Source: Candidatus Multivoradales bacterium (lineage in GTDB: Bacteria; Acidobacteriota; Thermoanaerobaculia; Multivoradales; JAHEKO01). From it: DNA of 64,000 nucleotides. Below the pieces are notes generated by a model. The model was not told the origin of the DNA and made no database searches. It was given only the letters and a program-made list of their open reading frames with translations. Shown here piece by piece: positions 56,887-64,000 of the stretch. Position 1 is the stretch's first letter, and every line of letters begins with the position of its first letter. Location of the stretch: assembly GCA_965248055.1 (NCBI GenBank), contig CBDFIJ010000004.1, positions 1,760,001-1,824,000 of the forward strand, written 5' to 3'. Position numbers and translations under genes: made by a program.

Positions 56887-59855
56887 CAGCTCCCCTCTCG
56901 ATCGAAAAAGGAGTCACCGTGACTAAGAACCTTCGCTTGATGAACCTTCGTTTGCCTCTGGCCTGCGCGCTCTTGGCGCTGATGGCGGTTTCTCCAGTTA
57001 CTGCCCAATTCGGCAAGAACTCGAAGATCCAATATCGAGATTTCAACTGGAAGATCTACCATGCCACCCATTTCGATGTTTATTACTACGAGGACGAGAA
57101 ACACCTTCTCGACCGGGTGGTGTCGTTCGCAGAATCAGCCTACGACCATCTGTCGCGCGAGTTCGACTACCAGATCCCAAAACCGACGCCGCTGATCTTT
57201 TACCGCACCCACAATGAATTCCAACAGAACAACATCATCCTCAACTACATTCCGGAAGGACTGGGTGCATTCGCCAGTTCGGTGCGTAATCGCATGGTGC
57301 TACCGGTGGACATGCCGGATGACCAGCTGCTCAACCTCATCCTTCACGAACTGACCCACATTTTTCAGTACCACATCCTCTATGGAGGTAGCGCCGGGAA
57401 AGGCATTACCTCTTCCGCGCCCCAGTACATCAACGAAGGCATGGCGAGCTACTACGCCGCCGACGAAGACGCCCGCGACAAGATGTATCTGCGCGATGCA
57501 GTGGTCAACGACAACATTCCCGAGATCGGTGGTGATTCTCAGCCGCAAGGGTTCTTCGCCTATCGCTACGGCCACGCCTTTTTTGACTACGTAGAAGAAA
57601 CCTACGGCAAAGAAGGTGTACTCGCTTTCTTACTAGAACTACGCACCACGCTCGGCTCGCGCGTTGGGCCCGCCATTGAACGTGCTTTTACCGAGAAGCC
57701 TGAGGATTTTTCCGCCGACTTTCGTCGCTGGTTGCGGCGTAAGTACTTGCCAGAGTTAGTGGTCACCGGTGAGCCCGGCGACTTTGGTCGCCGTTTTCGT
57801 CAAGAAAAGGGCAAGGCTCCGGTCAACGCGGCTTCACCGATCGCCTCTCCTTCCGGAGACCTGATCGCGACCTTTGTCCGGGATCGTGGCGAAGTCGACA
57901 TCGTGCTCTACGACACTAAGACCCGCGAGAAGGTCAAGAACCTCACCAAGGGGTTTACCACCGACGTTCAGTACTTCATCGCCCAAGAGATCGGCGAAGT
58001 GCCGCGTAAGATGGGTCGAGACTTGGCTTTTTCGCCGGACGGCAATCAGTTGGCAGCCTTTGTGCGCAAGGAAGACTCGCGCAAACTAGCCTTCGTCGAC
58101 GTACTGCGCGGTGGCGTGCGCCGGCTTATCGACGTAGGCGTTGACCAAGCGTTGAATCCTGCTTGGTCTCCAGACGGAACCAAGATCGCTTTCGCCGGTC
58201 ATCGCGATGGTCAGTTCGACATCTTCGAGTACGACTTGAATGCCGACGTAGTCACCAATTTGACCAACGACAAGGTCTACGACGGCGCGCCATCTTACAG
58301 CCCCGACGGTTCGTCGTTGGTGTTTTCCTCCGCAGCAGGCGACACCATTCGCATCTACCGCATTGATCGCAGCGACCCATCGGTGCGTTATCCGCTCACC
58401 GACGGAGAGGACAATGCCACCGATCCAATTTACTCGCCCGACGGCAGCCGACTGTATTTCACCTCCGACTACACCGGCGCCAACAACATCTTTTCCAAAG
58501 ACTTGGCGACCGGAGAGACGGTACAGCACACCAACTCGGTCACCGGCAGCTATATGCCGGTTCCGTTGTCCAATCCAGCCGGGGATGACCGTCTGGTGTT
58601 CACCGCTTTCTGGCGTGGTCGGCATGATCTTTACCTGCTGGATGAGGCGAAGCCTATCTCTGACCCCATCATCATCGTCGAACCGGATCAGCAAGCTCCC
58701 GAGGGAGCTGGTCTCCGGCTCACCGAGCTACCGGAATTTGAACCGACCATTGAGGCCGCGCTAGACGACGCCAATATTGGTCCCTACAAGCGCAAGTTCT
58801 TTATCGAAGGCTTCTCAGGAACGTCGATCGCGGTAACCGACGACCAACGCTATATCGGTACCGTCGCCGTCTCGCTGTCCGACTTTCTTGGCGACCATCG
58901 CATTTTGGCCCAATTTCAAACCGTGGATTCGTTCCGGAATTTCAACATCGTCTACGCGGACCTCAAGAAGAGACTGCAAAAGCAAGTGAACCTGTTTGAC
59001 AACCGGACTTTTCGAGTCGTTGGTCGCGATCAGTTTGGCGGTCGCGCGATCCAACAAGAAGTTCGCTACGAAACCTTGGGGCTGTTTGGCTCGTTGGTCT
59101 ATCCGTTGGACTTCAACCATCGAATCGAGGGCGGAGTTGGATATATCCAACGGAAATTCGAACTGGCGCTGTCGGAATTTGAAAGAAATCCGTTCGGCTT
59201 ACCAGGGGAGACGCTGGATACCCTCACACTCTTCGAGGATGATTTCCCTTTCGTTCAAACCAAGTTTGTCGGGGATAGCTCGGTTTGGAGCGGTTTTGGT
59301 CCGATCAGTGGTCGTCGTTACTCGCTACAAGCAACTTACGCTTCCGACACTGGAGGCAGCGGTGACTTGTTCACCACCTTCGAAGCTGATTTCCGCCAGT
59401 ACGTCCCCCTGGGACGTCGGGGGTCCTTTGCTATTCGTGGCTACGGCTTCACAAGTGATGGCAACCAACCCGGCATCACCTACTTTGGGGGTCTGGATAC
59501 CGTGCGTGGGTTCAACTTTCGCAGTATCTCGGGCGACAACGGTTTTTATACCAACTTCGAGCTGCGCTTTCCGTTTATCGATTACTTGATTACTCCCTCT
59601 AGGGCTTTGTCTTTCCAGGGAATCCAAGGAGTCGTCTTTCTAGATATGGGCGGTGCTTGGTTTGATGGCGTTCAGGATTTCAACTTCTACGACTCCGAGA
59701 ACAGTCGACTTGACGACGGAGTTGCCTCTTATGGGTTTGGACTTTCGACCCGAGTCTTCGGCTATCCCGTCAACTGGAATTTCGCCAAGCAATGGAATTT
59801 CGACACTTCCGCCGATGGCTACGAAACTTCCTTCTGGATCGGTTTCCGCTTTTAG
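56883..59855 (+). CDS. Peptidase MA-like + PD40 propeller + Omp85 (BamA/TamA) barrel protein
   Basis: QFGKN, HELTH...NEGMA, repeated (F/W/Y)SPDG, GGLDTVRGF, NFELRFP, FLDMG, terminal F; GTG 56919 is an alternative start. Confidence 0.87.
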   Translation: MTAPLSIEKGVTVTKNLRLMNLRLPLACALLALMAVSPVTAQFGKNSKIQYRDFNWKIYHATHFDVYYYEDEKHLLDRVVSFAESAYDHLSREFDYQIPKPTPLIFYRTHNEFQQNNIILNYIPEGLGAFASSVRNRMVLPVDMPDDQLLNLILHELTHIFQYHILYGGSAGKGITSSAPQYINEGMASYYAADEDARDKMYLRDAVVNDNIPEIGGDSQPQGFFAYRYGHAFFDYVEETYGKEGVLAFLLELRTTLGSRVGPAIERAFTEKPEDFSADFRRWLRRKYLPELVVTGEPGDFGRRFRQEKGKAPVNAASPIASPSGDLIATFVRDRGEVDIVLYDTKTREKVKNLTKGFTTDVQYFIAQEIGEVPRKMGRDLAFSPDGNQLAAFVRKEDSRKLAFVDVLRGGVRRLIDVGVDQALNPAWSPDGTKIAFAGHRDGQFDIFEYDLNADVVTNLTNDKVYDGAPSYSPDGSSLVFSSAAGDTIRIYRIDRSDPSVRYPLTDGEDNATDPIYSPDGSRLYFTSDYTGANNIFSKDLATGETVQHTNSVTGSYMPVPLSNPAGDDRLVFTAFWRGRHDLYLLDEAKPISDPIIIVEPDQQAPEGAGLRLTELPEFEPTIEAALDDANIGPYKRKFFIEGFSGTSIAVTDDQRYIGTVAVSLSDFLGDHRILAQFQTVDSFRNFNIVYADLKKRLQKQVNLFDNRTFRVVGRDQFGGRAIQQEVRYETLGLFGSLVYPLDFNHRIEGGVGYIQRKFELALSEFERNPFGLPGETLDTLTLFEDDFPFVQTKFVGDSSVWSGFGPISGRRYSLQATYASDTGGSGDLFTTFEADFRQYVPLGRRGSFAIRGYGFTSDGNQPGITYFGGLDTVRGFNFRSISGDNGFYTNFELRFPFIDYLITPSRALSFQGIQGVVFLDMGGAWFDGVQDFNFYDSENSRLDDGVASYGFGLSTRVFGYPVNWNFAKQWNFDTSADGYETSFWIGFRF

Positions 59856-59866
59856 CTGGAGCGTCA

Positions 59867-60610
59867 TTGAAGATTGAGGTTTTAGGCGCCTATGGAGGAG
59901 TCGGCCCAGGTATGCGACCGACTTCTTTGTTGATTGAAGACAGAGTCGTGTTGGACGCTGGGTCGATTGCCAGAAGTATCGATTTCGATCGCCAACAGAG
60001 AATCGAAGCGGTAGTTCTCACCCATGCTCACGCCGATCACATCTGCGAACTACCTTTTTTCCTAGAGAACATTGCCTCCGCTCTACGTCCTCCGGTACGC
60101 ATCTACGGCTCGGTCGCAACCTTGTATGCCGTCCGCCGTCATTTGATCAACAATCACATCTGGCCCGATCTAGACGCCTCAACCATCCGACCCAGGATGA
60201 TGGAGTTTGTTGAAATAGAAACCGAGCAGCCCTTCGTCGCTGGCGGCGTGCAATGGACGCCTTTCGCGGTCGATCACACGGTACCCACTTTCGGTTACGT
60301 CCTGGAAGACAGCACCTCATCGATTCTGTGGTCAAGTGACACTGGTCCGACCCATCGGTTGTGGGAAATTATCAACTCCAAACCTGAACTGAATACCGCC
60401 ATGGTTGAGGTTAGCTTTGATAATGCCCGCCAAGAACTCGCCGATCGCACCGGTCACCTGACGCCCAGCAGTCTCAAAAAAGAACTCGGCAAATGCACCA
60501 GAGAGTTGCGTGTGTTGGTTCACCACTTGAAGCCGGTATTCGTTGAGCGACTGGGTCATGAACTCGCCGACTTCGAGATCTTGGAACAGGGTCGGGTCTA
60601 CGAATTTTGA
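59867..60610 (+). CDS. MBL-fold 3',5'-cyclic-nucleotide phosphodiesterase-like protein
   Basis: EVLGAYGG, LDAGS, LTHAHADH, HTVPTFGY, SSDTGPT, GHLTP; TTG start with GGAG. Confidence 0.8.
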   Translation: MKIEVLGAYGGVGPGMRPTSLLIEDRVVLDAGSIARSIDFDRQQRIEAVVLTHAHADHICELPFFLENIASALRPPVRIYGSVATLYAVRRHLINNHIWPDLDASTIRPRMMEFVEIETEQPFVAGGVQWTPFAVDHTVPTFGYVLEDSTSSILWSSDTGPTHRLWEIINSKPELNTAMVEVSFDNARQELADRTGHLTPSSLKKELGKCTRELRVLVHHLKPVFVERLGHELADFEILEQGRVYEF

Positions 60611-60872
60611 CCCCGGCCCCCCTAGTGCCTGCTCCGGGGCAATATCACTGTCCCCTTAATACCCTTCCGGGGCAAAAGGATGACAAGAACAAGGAGACTC
60701 TCCTGGCCCCACGTCTGCGCACCTAATTCACTCTTCATCCCGCAAGGCCACCCCAACCGTCATTCCCGCAGGTGCCAAGGAGGGGGGAGGGAATCTCTCA
60801 AGGCGCTAAAGAGCGCTCCCTCCCACAGCGATCTAATCCGTTCTAGAAATCGGACCGTGATACCTTGCGCCG

Positions 60873-61700
60873 GTGCAACTGGCCCTTGATTTTCCCGGTG
60901 ATGGATTTCGCTTTTGCGTACTCGGATCTGGCAGTGCTGGTAACGCGATTTTGGTGCAGCACGGCAGTGACCGAATCCTCATCGACTGCGGCTTTTCTGC
61001 TCGCGAGATCGTCCGGCGGCTGGAGGTGGTCGGCGTGTCGCCGGAAACCATCGGTGCGATCTACTTAACTCACGAACATTCTGATCATTGTCGCGGTGTA
61101 CGGCAGTTTCGCAAGCGTTTTGAGACTCCGGTGTTTGCCACCGAGGGTACTCTGCAGGCAATGCGCGCTGGAGCCTGGGGAGAACGCTTGGTCGCCGACC
61201 GCCCAGTGCACAGAATGGACATGGAGATCACGCCGTTTGCGGTCTCTCATGATGCCCAACAGCCGGTTGGGTTCGTCATCGAGGGAACTCGGGGTGGGCG
61301 CCTCGCCGTGGTGGCGGACTTGGGCCATGCTGACAGTGATCTGTGGAGCAAAGTTGGTACCCTGGACGCACTGATCCTGGAATCCAACCACGATGAACAG
61401 ATGCTCAACCAAGGTCCATATCCTTGGTCACTCAAGCGTCGAATCCTCGGCGAACGAGGACACCTGTCCAACCGCGCAGCAGCGGCCGCGCTGAAACAAC
61501 TCGCCGACGATCGGTTGCATACCGTGGTCCTCTACCACCTGTCTCGCACCAATAACCGGCCTCAGCTGGCTGCCGATACCGTCAGCGATACGGTGAACCG
61601 CTTGCGCTCTCCGGCAGAGGTAGTGGTCAGCAGTCAATTTGAACCAACTCCATGGTTCGACCTGACGATTCAAGCTGGGCGGAGGTCGGTCGGACAGTAG
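60873..61700 (+). CDS. MBL-fold metallo-hydrolase (YycJ/WalJ-like)
   Basis: LGSGSAGN, THEHSDH, SHDA, LESNHD, YPWSLKRRI, GHLSN, HLSRTNN. Confidence 0.9.
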   Translation: MQLALDFPGDGFRFCVLGSGSAGNAILVQHGSDRILIDCGFSAREIVRRLEVVGVSPETIGAIYLTHEHSDHCRGVRQFRKRFETPVFATEGTLQAMRAGAWGERLVADRPVHRMDMEITPFAVSHDAQQPVGFVIEGTRGGRLAVVADLGHADSDLWSKVGTLDALILESNHDEQMLNQGPYPWSLKRRILGERGHLSNRAAAAALKQLADDRLHTVVLYHLSRTNNRPQLAADTVSDTVNRLRSPAEVVVSSQFEPTPWFDLTIQAGRRSVGQ

Positions 61701-61830
61701 CGAGTCAACTTGATGCCAGCCCTTGGCGCATGTCGTTGACTACATCCTACTGACGACAACCTTGTCGTATGTTTTGCCGTACCAGCATAGGGCAGCGAGC
61801 GTGCCCGACACCAAAGTCAAGGAGGATGCC

Positions 61831-64000
61831 GTGAAGTCCAGAATCGTAGCCCTGATACTGCTTGTTTTCTCGTTTGCGACGTTCGCCGACGACTCGATCG
61901 ATCGGTCCGGTAATTGGGATGTCAACGGACCTCTCGGTTCACCGACATCAACCCTTGAATTCTCCACCGACCAGGGAACCTGGATGAACCTCGACGTCCA
62001 TCCCGACGGCGACCAGATCATCTTTGACCTTCTGGGAGATCTTTACTTGATTCCAATAGAAGGTGGCAACGCAATACGCCTGACCGAAGGAGCAGCCTAC
62101 GACTTCCAGCCGCGTTTCAGCCCAGACGGAACGCAAGTCCTATTCACCTCTGATCGAGGCAGCGTCAACTCTATTTGGGTCGCCGACTTCGACGGTAGCT
62201 TCTTGTCTGAATTCAAATCAGTCATCGATGGCAATGCCAATCCCTACGGTGGCGCCAACTGGACCCCTGATGGAGACTGGATCCTGGCGCGCAAGCGAGT
62301 CACCGATACCAGTTCGATCGGCATCTCGGAACTCTGGATGTTCCACAAAGAGGGTGGCTCAGGCATCAAACTCGTCGCTGATCGAGCCGAAGTGGACTCG
62401 TTTTCCGCCAGCTCTGATGGCCGCTACGTTTACTACGGTGCCGCGCCACCGTTTCAGTACAGTCGCAGCCCGTACCGAGCCATTTGGTCGGTCAACCGCT
62501 ACGACCGAAAAACCGGGGAGCAAAGACCGGTAAGTGCTGGCAACGGCAGCTCAGCAAGTCCGGTTCTGAATCCAGATGGAACCAAGATCGCGTTTGTCCG
62601 CAGAGTGGGCGGCAACTCAACGCTTTGGATCCACGACCTCAAGTACGGCTCCGAACGACAGTTGTGGGACGGACTAGACCGAGACCAACTGGAAACCTTT
62701 GGTACCCACCATATCTACCCCAACTACGACTGGACCCCCGATGGGTCAAGTCTGGTGGTGTGGGCTGGGGGCAAGATCGTTCGACTTGCCGTCGACAGCG
62801 ACCAAGTCTCAAATATCCCTTTCCACGCCGACCTCGCGATCCAATATCACCAACCACTGCGCTCCAAACGCGACCCCGCACCGAACACCCTTAAGGCGAA
62901 GCTCATTCGCTGGCCGGTGATCAGTCCGAGTGGTGAATCGATGGTGTTTGTTGCCTTTGGTCATCTCTACACGATGGCATTGCCAGATGGCACTCCAGAG
63001 CGAATCACCGATCTGGAATCGTTGGAGTTTTCTCCGGCCTTCTCCCCGGACGGTTCGACTTTGCTCTTCACCTCTTGGAACGACGAACAAGGAGCCGCAC
63101 TGCATTCAGTAAATCTGCGCCACGGACAAGCTAATTCTTCAGAAGTAATCTACCGGTCGCCCACTCAGCTTGCCAATCCGGCATTCTCGGCTGATGGCAT
63201 ACAAATCCTGGTGGTTGCCGGAAGTGGAGCTAATTTGAGAGGTCAGGAACTGAACGCAGAACAGCGCCACAACATTCTGCTTCTCGACGCCAAGGATCGA
63301 ACGCAGTCCCAAGTTGTGGTCTCGACCAAGAGCAGGGGTCCACAACGAAGAATCACCCGTCCAACCTTCTCCGCGGATGGACAGAGAATTTGGTATTTCG
63401 ACGACGAGGGAGGAGGAGGAGAGCGAGGTGAACGAACTCCGCCCAAGACCGCTTTGGTTTCCATCAAGCTTGACGGTACGGATCGCAAGATCCACATGCA
63501 GTTCAATTCCGCCCAAGAAGCGATGGTCAGCCCTGATGAATTGTGGGTAGCATTCACCGAACAGCACAATGCATATGTGACCGTGCTGCCCAAGGTCGGT
63601 TCGCCGGTCGATTTTGACCCCAATGCCGCAACCAACGGGTTTCAGCAACTCAGTCAAGACGGTGGGGAATGGGTCACCTGGAGCGGCGATGGGAAGTATT
63701 TGACTTGGGGATTTGCCGACACCGTCAGCCGTATTGCGACTGATCACATCGAGCTTGCTCCAAAGGCGACACCTCGAGATTCTGGGGATCATGGCGTCTT
63801 GGTCTTATCGGTCGCAATTGATAGTGAGGGCCAATACTCGACCACCAAGGATGCGACCGAGGAAATGACCGGCGACCTAGAACAGTTGAAATCTGTCCTG
63901 GAGTCAGCATGGCAGAACGCTGCCCAAGTGCGCGTCGATGTGGACGTCGCTGAAGACGCTCCATGGAAAGCCTGGAGCGAGCTGCAAGAACTCGCAGACG
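61831..64000 (+). CDS. Large exported PD40/TolB-like propeller protein, probably amidohydrolase-linked; 3'-partial and missing from the ORF track
   Basis: AAGGAGG RBS, GTG start, signal peptide, GTWMNLDVHPDGDQIIFDLLGDLY, many SPDG repeats; frame runs off the window. Confidence 0.85.
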   Translation, partial: MKSRIVALILLVFSFATFADDSIDRSGNWDVNGPLGSPTSTLEFSTDQGTWMNLDVHPDGDQIIFDLLGDLYLIPIEGGNAIRLTEGAAYDFQPRFSPDGTQVLFTSDRGSVNSIWVADFDGSFLSEFKSVIDGNANPYGGANWTPDGDWILARKRVTDTSSIGISELWMFHKEGGSGIKLVADRAEVDSFSASSDGRYVYYGAAPPFQYSRSPYRAIWSVNRYDRKTGEQRPVSAGNGSSASPVLNPDGTKIAFVRRVGGNSTLWIHDLKYGSERQLWDGLDRDQLETFGTHHIYPNYDWTPDGSSLVVWAGGKIVRLAVDSDQVSNIPFHADLAIQYHQPLRSKRDPAPNTLKAKLIRWPVISPSGESMVFVAFGHLYTMALPDGTPERITDLESLEFSPAFSPDGSTLLFTSWNDEQGAALHSVNLRHGQANSSEVIYRSPTQLANPAFSADGIQILVVAGSGANLRGQELNAEQRHNILLLDAKDRTQSQVVVSTKSRGPQRRITRPTFSADGQRIWYFDDEGGGGERGERTPPKTALVSIKLDGTDRKIHMQFNSAQEAMVSPDELWVAFTEQHNAYVTVLPKVGSPVDFDPNAATNGFQQLSQDGGEWVTWSGDGKYLTWGFADTVSRIATDHIELAPKATPRDSGDHGVLVLSVAIDSEGQYSTTKDATEEMTGDLEQLKSVLESAWQNAAQVRVDVDVAEDAPWKAWSELQELAD

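Noticed and set aside
62228-63964. Short ORFs listed at the window end
   Set aside because: Shadows of the long plus-strand ORF starting at 61831, which has no stop inside the window
1-64000. CRISPR array, rRNA or prophage
   Set aside because: No regularly spaced repeats, rRNA-like sequence, cas genes or phage structural genes seen

Overview
Bacterial chromosomal window, fairly GC-rich. Gene content and order (dprA-topA-trmFO-xerC-hslVU, peptidase/PD40/Omp85 fusion, TonB receptor, ISKra4 remnant) suggest a diderm, possibly Acidobacteriota; this is inference. 1-6.3 kb is a mobile hotspot around tRNA-Gln(CTG). It holds an IS5-family end, a type II toxin-antitoxin pair, a 722-bp deleted and internally inverted ISKra4 derivative with a 9-bp target duplication, an IS3-family element and two orphan genes. 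6.4-34.3 kb is mostly housekeeping and transport: DMT, Fe3+-type ABC, MFS, PadR operon, acnA, transglutaminase-TPR protein, redoxin/DsbD-like pair, M28 peptidase, queD/queE, gltA, and fur with a Fur box plus a FecA-like receptor. 34.4-44.4 kb holds the best candidate for an under-described system: three divergent membrane-anchored alkaline-phosphatase-superfamily (NoeB/LtaS-like) paralogs, a small signal-peptide + YLDPGTGG + TM protein, and a NoeA-like kinase-fold/methyltransferase fusion. Part of it is a 2051-bp tandem duplication with ~96% identical ends but a strongly diverged interior. tyrS and an IS256 with a catalytic Glu->Ala change separate the third paralog. 44.4-64 kb: dapF, an FN3 lipoprotein, hslUV, xerC, trmFO, topA, dprA, a TPR/secreted/peptidase-PD40-Omp85 operon, two MBL hydrolases and a partial PD40 protein. 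All family calls come from motif recognition by eye; no database search was run.
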